From: Candidatus Latescibacterota bacterium
Lineage (GTDB): Bacteria; Latescibacterota; UBA2968; UBA8231
NCBI GenBank assembly: GCA_965242865.1
Contig: CBDETK010000013.1
Coordinates: 3,968,001-4,032,000, forward strand
Length of the DNA stretch: 64,000 bases
Direction of reading: 5' to 3'
Part shown: positions 9,809 through 19,721 of the stretch, one piece after another
How the letters are laid out: every line of letters begins with the position of its first letter
Position numbering within the stretch: the first letter of the stretch is position 1
Notes under the pieces: generated by a model
Told to the model about the DNA's origin: nothing
Seen by the model: only the letters and a program-made list of their open reading frames with translations
The model's database searches: none
Program-made: the position numbers and the translations under genes

Positions 9809-12800
9809 CCGAAACCATCAGCATCTCGAACCTCATTCAGGACCTCTCTACTCGCTCGGGCCGTGCCATCCTCTCGCAACTTGGCCTGCGCTCCCCGGCG
9901 TTACGCAAGTATCTCGCGAGTCTGTACGCACAGGAGCCCGGCGAGCCCGGTGCCTTGCTGGCCGACCCCATGCTGGAAGCGGCATTCGGGTGGAAAGTTG
10001 CCGATGTGGACATGCAGGGGCTCGTCAGAAGCGGCCTGCTTCGACAAGATCTGGTGTCGGCAATGAGCAAACCCAGACGAGAGTACCGGGAGTACGCATT
10101 TCCCTGCCGCCGCCATCCCTTCCGACATCAGCTCGACTGCTGGAAACTCCTCCTCAAAGATGTGCCCCATTCGGTGTTGGTTGCCAGCGGCACGGGATCC
10201 GGGAAGACCGAGTGCTTCCTAGTGCCGATTCTCGAGGACTTGGCCCGAGAACGCGCCACGGCTGGTGCCCTGACAGGTGCGCGGGCACTGTTCCTCTACC
10301 CGTTGAACGCCCTCATCAATAGCCAGCGTGACCGGCTTCGCGCTTGGTGCAACGGCTTCGACAACGACATTCGCTTCTGCCTCTACAACGGCGAGACACC
10401 GGAGACGGCACCGGCCCACGAGCAGATGCGAGCCGGAGCGGAGCAGATTTCAAGGCAGGCTCTCCGCGATGCCGCAGCACCAGTGCTCGTCACCAACTCG
10501 ACGATGCTGGAGTACATGCTCGTCCGCACTGAAGATCAACCGATTCTCGAACGGTCCCGCGGTAAGCTGCGCTGGATCGTTCTCGACGAGGCCCATACTT
10601 ACATTGGCTCCCAAGCCGCTGAGATGGCATTGCTGCTCCGGCGGGTCCTGCACCGCTTTGAAGTGGACTCGGCGAGTGTGCGCTTCGTCGCCACGTCGGC
10701 GACGATTGGCGATGCTGAAGCCAAGGAGGACTTGCAGTGCTTTCTAGCCGATATATCCGGTGCTCCCGCGGACCGCGTCCATGTCGTAACCGGAGATCAC
10801 TTCGTGCCGTCGTTGCCGCCGCTGGGTCCGAGCCAGACCGAGGAGACTCTTGACGGTCTGCCTGCCGGTCCGTTGTACGATGCCCTTTGTCACGATCCTG
10901 CTGCGAGGTCGATCCGCGCCCGTATGGCCAAGGAACCCGTCTCGCTCGGGGCACTACAGGAGGAATCTGGTCTCGATTTCGAGACAGTGACCGCACTGCT
11001 TGAAAAGGCTTCAACGGCTCGGCGTGAGGACGAAGCATTCCTACCCTTGCGCGTCCACCTTTTTCACCGGGCACAGCACGGTCTGTGGGCGTGTGTCAAT
11101 GCCTCATGCAACGGCCGAGACGCGGCTCTTGGCGATGGTTGGGCCTTCGGTGCCCTGTTCCCACAGCGTCGCACCCACTGCGAACACTGCTGCTATCCCG
11201 TCTTCGAGTTGGTGGTGTGCGTGGAGTGTGGTCAGGACTATCTGTCTGCTGAGGAGAAGATCTCAGGCGAGACAGGGGAGCAGAAACTGACGCCCTACAT
11301 TGAGGAAGTGGGAGTCGACGAGTTTCAACTCGAAATTGATCCCGGTGAAGATGACGAAGAGGAGCCTTCTACTCTGTCGGTCATTCGCAGGCTGATCTGC
11401 GGGCCTAGCTTTGATGAGGAGCAGATCGAAGAGTGGCATCTGAACCAAGATCAAACCCTCTCTAAGGATAGCGACGGAGTCCCGCTCCGTCTTTCGCCGA
11501 TCGAGACCGGCCCGATGACCTGCCCCCGCTGCGGCGGGAGGGACAATCGACGCCGGCTGTTCCGGGAACTCCGCATCGGCGCACCCTTCGCGCTATCGAC
11601 CATAGTGCCGACAGCCTTGGAGTACACGCCGCCGATGCGTTCGGGAGCCAAGCTCCCGAGCCAAGGCAGGCGGCTCCTAGGCTTCAGCGACTCGCGGCAA
11701 GGCTCCGCACGTCTAGCGGTGAGGCTTCAGCAGGAGGCGGAACGGAACCGGGTTCGCAGCGTACTTTATCACGCATTGGCCGCTGAACGGAAAACTATAG
11801 ACACCAGCGAGTTAGAGCGTCAGATAGCCGAACTCCAAAGAGTTGATAGTCCAGCCTTGCGTCCAATTCTCGAACAAAAGAAAGCCGAGTTGGCCCAAGC
11901 ACGTGCAGCGAGCAGCACCGGAACGCTGGCTTGGGGAGATGCCGTAAAGCGTCTCATTGGCGATGCTAGTCTGCGCCGAATGCACCAGTACTTCCAGGAG
12001 ACGAGCTACATCAAGCCCACGCTCGAAGAGTTCGCCAACTTCTGCCTGTACCGGGAGTTTTTTCGTCGGCCGAAGCGCATGAACTCCGCCGAGACGATGG
12101 GACTGATCTCGCTTCGATACCCCGCTCTGGAGGGCAAGACAGCACCGTCCGGTTGGCCGCTCCAGCCTGAAGATTGGTCCGTATTTCTGAAACTAGTTCT
12201 CGACTTCTTCATGCGCGATGTCAGTGCTGTTGACGTGGAGGATGGATACCTGCGTTGGATGGGGATACCCGTTCAGAAACGGTACGTTCAAGGCCCAGGC
12301 TTCGATAGAGAGTTGACGCAGAGGCAACGACTCTGGCCGTCAATGCGGTCAGGAAGGAGACCATCCCGGATGCCTCGTCTACTTCGACAAGCGGCTGGAC
12401 TAGACGACTCACCATCTAGCAAAGACAGAATCAACGAAGTGCTCGAACATGCTTGGACAGCATTGCGCCCATATTTGCAACCGGTCGGGGATGGCTATCT
12501 GCTCAAGCTCCGCGAAATCGCGGGGTTGAGCGAACTCTCGTCCGGCGAGATTTGTCCTTACACCGCACGGGTGCTGGACGCGACCCTGAACGGCTTGTCG
12601 CCCTACCTACCAGAGCGCGGAGAACCGGAGTATTGCCAACAGTTTAAGCCGCCCCGAGTCCCCAAGGCGTACTGGCGGGACTCGTCCGGCCGCGAGGCCG
12701 ACCGCGAGGAAATCGCCGAGTGGCTAGAAACCGACCCTCAGGTGCAGCAAGTGCGCGACCTCGGTGTCTGGTCCAATCTCAACGACCGAATAGTCGCCAA

Positions 12801-15800
12801 CACGCAGTACTTTGAAGCCGCCGAACACTCGGCTCAGCTCGACGGAGACCGTTTGCGCGGACTTGAACAACGCTTTAAGGATGGCGACCTGAATGTGCTC
12901 AGTTGCTCGACTACTATGGAAATGGGCGTCGATATCGGTGGGCTCTCGGCGGTGATCATGAATAACGCGCCGCCGAGCTCCACCAACTATCTACAGCGCG
13001 CCGGCCGGGCCGGGCGCCGAGGCGAGGGTGTATCGTTCGCGGTCACACTCTGTCCGAGCTCTCCACACGGTGAACAGGTATTCAACAATCCGCTATGGCC
13101 CTTTACGTCAAAGCCGGGCATTCCCCGCGTTGCCCTCGACAGTGAGCGCTTGGTACAAAGGCACGTCAACTCACTGTGCCTTGGTGCATTCCTCAATGGG
13201 CGAGATGTCCGTAGGCTCAAGACGGGCTGGTTTTTCCAGCACGATGAGTCTTCGGGGTCGGTCCCCGGCTGGCAGTTCGTCGAATGGTGCCGCACCGAAG
13301 CAGAGACCGACAGACGCCTCGTGCAGGGTCTGAGACAGCTAATTCAGGGCACCGCGTTGGCGACTGCTGAGACGACACAGTTATTGAACGCCAGCTCAAT
13401 CGCCTTGGCTCAAGCATTGACTGCATGGCAGGGCGAAGTTAAGGCCCTACGTAAAGACGCGGCCCAGTTCGAGGATGGGTCTCCGGCAGTCCTTGCGATA
13501 AAGCACCAACTCCGGCGATTGGAGGGAGAACACCTGCTGCGGGAACTTGCGAATCGGCAATTCCTGCCGGGCTACGGGTTCCCAATCGGAGTCGTCAGTT
13601 TTGTACCTATCACGATAGAGGCGTTGAAGCGAAGGCAATCAAACCGCGAGGACCGGGAAGAAGCGTTCGGCAAGCGGTTGGGATATCCCTCTCGGCAGAT
13701 GGAGATGGCGATCCGAGAGTACGCGCCCGGTGCGGAAGTCGTCATGGATGGCCGCGTGTACGAGTCCAGCGGCGTGACGCTTAATTGGCACATCCCGCCA
13801 AGCGTAGAGAGCGTCAACGAAGTGCAGGCACTTCGCCACGTCTGGCACTGCCGCGAGTGTGGAACCACCGGCGATAACCACTCGCCACCTGATCGGTGTC
13901 CGCAGTGCGATGGCGCGGTGACGCCGAGAAAGTACCTTGAGCCGGCCGGATTCGCAGTCGATATCCGCCATTCGCCTCACAACAATGTCGTCACTCCAAC
14001 CTACATTCCAGTGGAGTCGCCTTGGATTAGCTGCCCAACTCCTGAGTGGACTCCGTTGGCCGACCCGCACATCGGGCGCTTCCGGTACACTGACTCCGGT
14101 CACTTGTTTCATGGCAGTGGAGGAGTGGGCCACCATGGGTACGCTGTCTGCCTGCGTTGCGGTCGCGCCGCGTCTGAAGTTGGCCCGCCTTCGGAAACCG
14201 TGCTGCCCGAAGTGTTCCGAGACGGGCACTCGCGTTTGCGTGGAGGTAAGAACCTGGATGGCAGTAGCCAATGCGATGGCACCGGGTTTACCATCCAGCG
14301 TGGACTCTGGCTGGGAGGTAGCCGCATCACCGATGTCTTCGAGTTGCAACTTGCTGGGCTGAACGAGGAAGCGACAGCCTTATCGCTTGGCATTGCCTTG
14401 CGACGCGCCTTTTGCCGCCATCTTGGGATTGAGGAGGAGGAAGTCGGGGTCACTATACGCCAAAGCAAGTCTGCCGACAGCGCGATTCAGCAATCCATCT
14501 TCCTCTACGACGCAGCCACGGGTGGTAATGGCTATGTAGCGGCGTTGCGCGATCATATCGCCCTAGCGTTGCAGAAGTCGGTCGCAGTCCTCAACTGCGT
14601 AAAGAAATGTGATGCCGCCTGCCATGGCTGTCTGCTCACTTTCGACACTCAGTATGACTCGGCCAAGCTTGATCGGCACAAAGCCCAGGAGTTTCTGACC
14701 TCAGAGTGCCTCAATGGTCTTAGTCTCAATGAACGTGACCGCTTGCTCGGACCTGACTCCCGTGTGCTGACGCGCCCGTTGTTTCGCCATCTTCTCGAGG
14801 TCGCAGGCGAAACTGATGTGGAAGAAATTCGACTGTGGATGGGTGGTGCGCCGGATTCTTGGGATGTAGAGGACTTCCCTCTCTATCGAGATGTCCTGCG
14901 ATGGGGAGACGACCATCGTCAAGTTCGTCTCATCATCGCCCCAGCCACTTGGAATGGACTCAGTGAGGGGAACCGTCACTCGCTGGCCGCTCTGGTCACA
15001 GCAGGGAGAGGCTGCATTGAAGTGCATCACACGCCCGCGCCAACGGCCCATTTGGCCAGCGGCCAAGTGATTGCTACTGCCGGAGGAACCCGCAGACACG
15101 TTGCGTGGGCAACATCCAATGAAAACACGATGCCTATGAACGAAACATGGGGGCAGTCACCAGGGGATGCACAGACCGTCTTCGCACGGATTGCGGGTCC
15201 ATTGCCGCCGCTTCAAACTGATGCCGTCTCCATCAACCAATTGCGCCCACAGCCTGATAGTACCGTGGAAAATTTGCCTATCCAAAAGGAACTTGACGGA
15301 CCAACCAAAGGCTTTGGCTCTCGGTTCTGGACCCATATTCACAATCATTGCAGCCCGCTGAAGGAGCAATTCGGTGGGGGTCTGTTGACTCGTGTGAGCT
15401 ATTGCGACCGATATCTGGCCACGCCTTGGGGCGTACTGCTATTACGCGAGGTGCTACTTCGCTTGGTTCGAGAAGGGTGGGCAGATTCTAGGACAGCACT
15501 GAGGCTATTCACTAGGAAATTGCAGCGAGACCTACGCCCGAGGCGTGACGGACAGTCGATCAGCGGCCAATGGCAAAATGATGCTGACCGGAAGTTGTTC
15601 TTTGAGCAATCAATCAATACAGGCCGGGGCCGGTTGGGTTGGAATGGGCCATTCACGTTCAAGACGGGCGATGCGCCTCACTTCCGCGAGCTTCGACTCG
15701 AATGGGAGACGGGCGATATCTGGACGCTGAAGTTGGATCAGGGCTTGGGATACTGGAGATGCCGCCCATCTACAGACTTTCCTTTTGAAGAGCAGCCACA

Positions 15801-15903
15801 CGAGCAAGTGCATTCCCTGAACAAAATCGTCGAGACTCGGAAGGTCGTCGCCCAAGGCAACCACCCGACATACGTTTACATCACCAAGGAGCCATCCGAA
15901 TAG
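9805..15903 (+). CDS. druE: Druantia DruE, large SF2 DEAH helicase with C-terminal DUF1998 (MrfA-like Zn) domain
   Basis: Walker A 'SGTGSGKTECF', 'YPLNALINSQ', 'DEAHTY', 'TTTMEMGVDIG', 'QRAGRAGR', 'LYDAATGGNGY', 'C..KCDAACHGCL'; about 2030 aa; coupled to druH. Confidence 0.88.
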   Translation: MTETISISNLIQDLSTRSGRAILSQLGLRSPALRKYLASLYAQEPGEPGALLADPMLEAAFGWKVADVDMQGLVRSGLLRQDLVSAMSKPRREYREYAFPCRRHPFRHQLDCWKLLLKDVPHSVLVASGTGSGKTECFLVPILEDLARERATAGALTGARALFLYPLNALINSQRDRLRAWCNGFDNDIRFCLYNGETPETAPAHEQMRAGAEQISRQALRDAAAPVLVTNSTMLEYMLVRTEDQPILERSRGKLRWIVLDEAHTYIGSQAAEMALLLRRVLHRFEVDSASVRFVATSATIGDAEAKEDLQCFLADISGAPADRVHVVTGDHFVPSLPPLGPSQTEETLDGLPAGPLYDALCHDPAARSIRARMAKEPVSLGALQEESGLDFETVTALLEKASTARREDEAFLPLRVHLFHRAQHGLWACVNASCNGRDAALGDGWAFGALFPQRRTHCEHCCYPVFELVVCVECGQDYLSAEEKISGETGEQKLTPYIEEVGVDEFQLEIDPGEDDEEEPSTLSVIRRLICGPSFDEEQIEEWHLNQDQTLSKDSDGVPLRLSPIETGPMTCPRCGGRDNRRRLFRELRIGAPFALSTIVPTALEYTPPMRSGAKLPSQGRRLLGFSDSRQGSARLAVRLQQEAERNRVRSVLYHALAAERKTIDTSELERQIAELQRVDSPALRPILEQKKAELAQARAASSTGTLAWGDAVKRLIGDASLRRMHQYFQETSYIKPTLEEFANFCLYREFFRRPKRMNSAETMGLISLRYPALEGKTAPSGWPLQPEDWSVFLKLVLDFFMRDVSAVDVEDGYLRWMGIPVQKRYVQGPGFDRELTQRQRLWPSMRSGRRPSRMPRLLRQAAGLDDSPSSKDRINEVLEHAWTALRPYLQPVGDGYLLKLREIAGLSELSSGEICPYTARVLDATLNGLSPYLPERGEPEYCQQFKPPRVPKAYWRDSSGREADREEIAEWLETDPQVQQVRDLGVWSNLNDRIVANTQYFEAAEHSAQLDGDRLRGLEQRFKDGDLNVLSCSTTMEMGVDIGGLSAVIMNNAPPSSTNYLQRAGRAGRRGEGVSFAVTLCPSSPHGEQVFNNPLWPFTSKPGIPRVALDSERLVQRHVNSLCLGAFLNGRDVRRLKTGWFFQHDESSGSVPGWQFVEWCRTEAETDRRLVQGLRQLIQGTALATAETTQLLNASSIALAQALTAWQGEVKALRKDAAQFEDGSPAVLAIKHQLRRLEGEHLLRELANRQFLPGYGFPIGVVSFVPITIEALKRRQSNREDREEAFGKRLGYPSRQMEMAIREYAPGAEVVMDGRVYESSGVTLNWHIPPSVESVNEVQALRHVWHCRECGTTGDNHSPPDRCPQCDGAVTPRKYLEPAGFAVDIRHSPHNNVVTPTYIPVESPWISCPTPEWTPLADPHIGRFRYTDSGHLFHGSGGVGHHGYAVCLRCGRAASEVGPPSETVLPEVFRDGHSRLRGGKNLDGSSQCDGTGFTIQRGLWLGGSRITDVFELQLAGLNEEATALSLGIALRRAFCRHLGIEEEEVGVTIRQSKSADSAIQQSIFLYDAATGGNGYVAALRDHIALALQKSVAVLNCVKKCDAACHGCLLTFDTQYDSAKLDRHKAQEFLTSECLNGLSLNERDRLLGPDSRVLTRPLFRHLLEVAGETDVEEIRLWMGGAPDSWDVEDFPLYRDVLRWGDDHRQVRLIIAPATWNGLSEGNRHSLAALVTAGRGCIEVHHTPAPTAHLASGQVIATAGGTRRHVAWATSNENTMPMNETWGQSPGDAQTVFARIAGPLPPLQTDAVSINQLRPQPDSTVENLPIQKELDGPTKGFGSRFWTHIHNHCSPLKEQFGGGLLTRVSYCDRYLATPWGVLLLREVLLRLVREGWADSRTALRLFTRKLQRDLRPRRDGQSISGQWQNDADRKLFFEQSINTGRGRLGWNGPFTFKTGDAPHFRELRLEWETGDIWTLKLDQGLGYWRCRPSTDFPFEEQPHEQVHSLNKIVETRKVVAQGNHPTYVYITKEPSE

Positions 15904-16061
15904 TCTTCGACGATGAAGCGGGCGCGGGTTGAGTTATGTTGTGGACATCCATAACAACGTATGGATTTTTACTAGAAGCTCTAATTTATGAGGCGATCCC
16001 AGACTCACCTAGCTGGTCGTAAACTCACTTAGTTGCTGCAAACCAAAACAAAGGCATTGAG

Positions 16062-16320
16062 TTGGCGGCCTGCCCGCCTGACCACGTACTCGTCGAGCCG
16101 CTGGTCGTTCAACCCAGCGCGACCGAAGCCCAGTTCGCCTTTGGGATTCCGACCCTCTCCTACGACCACATTAAGGGCCGACTGGCGACGGACGCGCCGA
16201 CCCAGCTCTTCGGCCACGAGTTTTGCGCCCGCATCTTAGAGGTCGGATCGGCTGTCGCGGGGTACGCACCCGGCGATCTCGTAGCGGCTCGCGCCAAGCT
16301 GCCCTGCGGCGACTGCCTCC
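16062..16320 (+). pseudogene. Internal fragment of a zinc alcohol dehydrogenase
   Basis: 'FGHEFCA.ILEVG..V.G..PGD.V......PCGDC' GHE motif; lacks a normal N-terminus and the whole Rossmann domain. Confidence 0.75.
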
Positions 16321-16338
16321 GGGAGGTTTTGTTATGGA

Positions 16339-16575
16339 ATGAAAACTAGTGCCCGTTACGCCAAAATTGTAGCATGGTCTGATGAAGATCAGTGCTACGT
16401 TGGCCGTTGTCCCGGTCTCTTTTACGGTGGGTGCCACAGCGATGATGAACAAGCGGTGTTCTCAGCATTGTGTCGCATCGTCGAGGAGACCATTGAACTA
16501 TACAAGCGAGACGGCAGGCCGCTGCCTTCACCGGCTGCTAAAAGGGACTATGCCGACGAGATGTTGTCGGTATAA
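16339..16575 (+). CDS. HicB-family antitoxin-like protein (no hicA partner visible)
   Basis: 'Y.KIV.WSDEDQCYVG.CPGL..GGCH.DDE..V...L...VEE.I......GRPLP.P' HicB pattern. Confidence 0.8.
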   Translation: MKTSARYAKIVAWSDEDQCYVGRCPGLFYGGCHSDDEQAVFSALCRIVEETIELYKRDGRPLPSPAAKRDYADEMLSV

Positions 16576-16583
16576 TCCGGCCT

Positions 16584-17438
16584 CTAGGGCATGTCTGGAT
16601 AATTCAACGGCATCCCCGTCTTGCCCAGCTCGTAGTGCGCTAGGTGCCAACGCCCCAAGTTGGCACTGAGAAAAAGCGACCGATCCGCGCCGCAGAAGGC
16701 GATATTGGTCGGGGCCGCCATGGCCGTGCCCTCGTAATCGTCGGCCAAAACGTCGAGTTGGCCATCGGCATACCGATAGATGCGGTCCGGGCGGTAGCAG
16801 GAGCAGTAGAGGGTGCCCTCGTCGTCAAAGGCGAGGCCATCGGGGACGGTCTGCGGGAGGTCGAACACGGTTTCGGCCGCACCAGCGCGACCATCGGCCT
16901 CGATTCTGATGCGGGCCACGCGGGGTTGGATGCTCATGGCCACGTAGAGATATTCGCCGGCTGCATCGAGTGCCGTGCCGTTGGGGAATTCTGGTAGGGC
17001 GCGGCTCCATACCTCGCCGACACCGCCCGGAGCGATCTTGCAAATCCAACCGTCGTTTTTGTGCCAGCCGCCAGAATTGGACACATAGAGATTGCCAGCC
17101 GCGTCAAAAACCGGGTAGTTCGCCCCGGTCAGCGGCACCTCGCCAGCGCGGTCGCAATACGTGCTGACCGCGCCGTCCGGCTCAACGCGCTTGACGCCGC
17201 TGCTACAGACGTACAAGCGGTGCTGGGCATCCTGACAGATGCCGCCGACAAAGCCGCCGACTTGGGCGAACTCCTCAAACTCGCGCCGGGCCAAGTCAAT
17301 GCGGTAGAGCTGGCCCGCTTCGCCGCCGGCATAAGCGTAGCCATCGCAGCCCCAAGCAATGCACTCGGGGTGATCGAGGCCGCTGCCAAAGTCGCCGATA
17401 ATCGCTGAAATTTGGGTGTGGGTATCGAGAAGGGCCAT
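16584..17438 (-). CDS. SMP-30/gluconolactonase/LRE family protein
   Basis: 'LDHPE', 'FPNG.ALD', 'VPDGLAFD.EG.LY', 'PTNIAFCG' beta-propeller motifs. Confidence 0.85.
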   Translation of the reverse strand: MALLDTHTQISAIIGDFGSGLDHPECIAWGCDGYAYAGGEAGQLYRIDLARREFEEFAQVGGFVGGICQDAQHRLYVCSSGVKRVEPDGAVSTYCDRAGEVPLTGANYPVFDAAGNLYVSNSGGWHKNDGWICKIAPGGVGEVWSRALPEFPNGTALDAAGEYLYVAMSIQPRVARIRIEADGRAGAAETVFDLPQTVPDGLAFDDEGTLYCSCYRPDRIYRYADGQLDVLADDYEGTAMAAPTNIAFCGADRSLFLSANLGRWHLAHYELGKTGMPLNYPDMP

Positions 17439-17490
17439 AGAAAATCCTTTCAAGTGAAAACTTCCTCATAACGGCTGAAACTCTATAGAA

Positions 17491-18645
17491 TTAACACTCG
17501 CTTTCGTCCCCGGCAAAATCCAAGTTAGCCACCCTAACCCCCCGCTGATGTTCATACGCCTCATCTACCGGCGCAATGATCCAAGCACTTTCCGGCTGCA
17601 AATCGCCGACCAACTCAAAGAACCCCCGCGATGGCCTAGGTGCTTTTGAGAACTTGCATTCAAAAACCACCGTCCTATTCCCTCGTTGCATTACCAGATC
17701 GATCTCCGCCCCGTTGCCCGTGCGGATAAACGACGGCCGCCAACGGGGCAGGGCAGCAATCAGATGCTCCAAGACCAAGCCTTCCCATGAAGCACCGACT
17801 AGCGGATGCCCGAGCAACTGGTCGTACCTTTCGATTTCGAGCAACGCATGCAAAATGCCGCTGTCTCTTACATACACTTTGGGCGAGCGGATCAAGCGTT
17901 TCTTCAGATTCGCCTCGCAGGGAGGCAAGAGGCGAATCATATACGTTTGCTCGAGAACGGCGAGGTACTTCTTTAGAGTCGGCACCGACACATCAACCGC
18001 TCCGGCCAGCTTGCTGTAATTGATCGTCTGGCCGTGGTAATGCGCCAGCATCTGCCATAGCCGCTGCACCACAGGCACCGGAAGAGTCAGGCCGAGGGCG
18101 GGAATGTCCCGCTCCAAAAAGGTCTGGATAAAGTCCTGACGCCAAGCGAAGCTATCCTCGGAATCTCCAGAGAGCAGGCTATCGGGAAACCCTCCGCGGA
18201 CCCACAGCGTTTGCCAATCGGCGACCTGACTCGTCTCGGACCGCAAAAACGGCGTCAACCGCAAATAGGCGATGCGGCCGGCCAGCGATTCGCTCGACTG
18301 TTGGATCAATTCCCGCGATGCCGAGCCGAGAATCAAAAAGCGCCCCGGACGCCGGTCGCGATCAATTTCGGAGCGCAATACGACAAAGAATTCCGGCAGG
18401 CACTGAATCTCATCCAGACACACCAGTTCTTGGCGATGTCGCTCGAGAAAGAGTTCGGGTTCGGCGAGTCTGTTGCGATCAATGCGGTTCTGTAAATCGA
18501 GATGGACCACGGACTGTCCTTTCAAATAGTGGCGGGCCAGTGTTGATTTACCGCATTGACGGGGACCGAGGATTGCAACGGCAGGGGAACGCCCCAAGGC
18601 TCGTTTTAACTCAGATTCTGCATTTCTCGGTAAATATCCATGCAA
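17491..18645 (-). CDS. AAA_14 ATPase with DUF4143 C-terminal domain
   Basis: 'GPRQCGKSTL', 'LDEIQ', 'LILGSAS', 'ESLAGR', 'RGGFP', 'SPKVY.RDSG', 'EIDLV...FECK'; probable TTG start. Confidence 0.88.
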   Translation of the reverse strand: MHGYLPRNAESELKRALGRSPAVAILGPRQCGKSTLARHYLKGQSVVHLDLQNRIDRNRLAEPELFLERHRQELVCLDEIQCLPEFFVVLRSEIDRDRRPGRFLILGSASRELIQQSSESLAGRIAYLRLTPFLRSETSQVADWQTLWVRGGFPDSLLSGDSEDSFAWRQDFIQTFLERDIPALGLTLPVPVVQRLWQMLAHYHGQTINYSKLAGAVDVSVPTLKKYLAVLEQTYMIRLLPPCEANLKKRLIRSPKVYVRDSGILHALLEIERYDQLLGHPLVGASWEGLVLEHLIAALPRWRPSFIRTGNGAEIDLVMQRGNRTVVFECKFSKAPRPSRGFFELVGDLQPESAWIIAPVDEAYEHQRGVRVANLDFAGDESEC

Positions 18646-18678
18646 TTTGCTAACATCCTTTATCGTTTTGCATGGATA
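18635..18678. promoter_or_regulatory. 11-bp perfect inverted repeat over the ATPase start (candidate operator)
   Basis: TATCCATGCAA (18635-18645) and TTGCATGGATA (18668-18678). Confidence 0.5.
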
Positions 18679-18812
18679 ATAGCCGAATTGGGACAAAGTT
18701 TCAAGTAGGGCCGCTCTTCTTTTATTATATTGAGACGCACCCCAACGGCGTCGCCGCGCCCCACCTGCGCGGCCGATAAAGCAAGGGTCGCATACTTAGG
18801 CATTGGAGCACT

Positions 18813-19721
18813 ATGAACGCTAACGACCGCGTCTTCTTCGGGCAGACCGATCTACAGGTCTCGCGCTTGTGCCAAGGCACCGCCTTCCGCCATCTGCCCC
18901 GCGCCGACAGCCCCCAGTCCCTAGCCGTGCTCCACCACTGCTTGGACCGCGGCGTCAACTTTTTCGACACTGCCCAAGCCTACGGTTGGGGTGGGGCCGA
19001 GGAGGTGCTGGGGCGGGCGGTCGCAGGTCGGCGCGACGAGGTCGTTATTTGCACCAAGGTTCCGGCGTCGCTGGCCGCTGGAAAGCGCGTCCCCTACACT
19101 CGCGCCCAGCTCACCGGTCGCCTCGAAGAAAGCCTGCGCCGCCTCCGCACCTCCTACGTCGATCTCTACCTGTTGCACCACCGCGACGGGGATACGCCGC
19201 CGGAGGCCATCGTCGAGGTCATGGAGGACTTGGTGCAGGCCGGCAAGGCCCGCTACTGGGGCGTCTCCAACCACCGCGCCGCCGAGGTCGAAGCCTTGCT
19301 CGCCCTCGCCCCGGTCGCCGGCGTTGAGGACTACTACAATATCGCCGGCAGCCATTGCGACGAAGCCGGTCGGTCGCGCGTGGCGATCTACGAGGAGGAA
19401 ATGCTGCCGCTGCTGCGGCGCACCGGCCTAGGGTGCTTAGCCTTCAGCCCGCTGGACACCGGCCTCCTAATCCGCCCCAACACCCCGGCCCTCGCCGCTT
19501 TGGTTGCGGCCATAGACCAAGTTGCTGCCGACTTGGGCACCGCCCGCGCGGCCGTCTGCGTCGCTTGGGTCCTGCATCAGGGCCTTACCTGTGTGCTCGC
19601 GGGTGCCGAGAGCATCGCGCACGTCAACGCCAATCTCCAAGGGACCGACCTCCACCTTCCCGCGGACGCCCTCGCCGCCCTCAACCAAGCGCGTCAGACT
19701 TACCGCGCCAGCCTCCCGTGA
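18813..19721 (+). CDS. Aldo/keto reductase
   Basis: 'GVNFFDTA.AYG.G.AEE.LG', 'ICTK', 'SLRRL.T.YVDLYLLH', 'GK.RYWGVSN'. Confidence 0.88.
   Translation: MNANDRVFFGQTDLQVSRLCQGTAFRHLPRADSPQSLAVLHHCLDRGVNFFDTAQAYGWGGAEEVLGRAVAGRRDEVVICTKVPASLAAGKRVPYTRAQLTGRLEESLRRLRTSYVDLYLLHHRDGDTPPEAIVEVMEDLVQAGKARYWGVSNHRAAEVEALLALAPVAGVEDYYNIAGSHCDEAGRSRVAIYEEEMLPLLRRTGLGCLAFSPLDTGLLIRPNTPALAALVAAIDQVAADLGTARAAVCVAWVLHQGLTCVLAGAESIAHVNANLQGTDLHLPADALAALNQARQTYRASLP

Noticed and set aside
6360-16062. Target-site duplication around Druantia
   Set aside because: Only a 6-bp ATTGAG match was seen at the two ends, which is not significant
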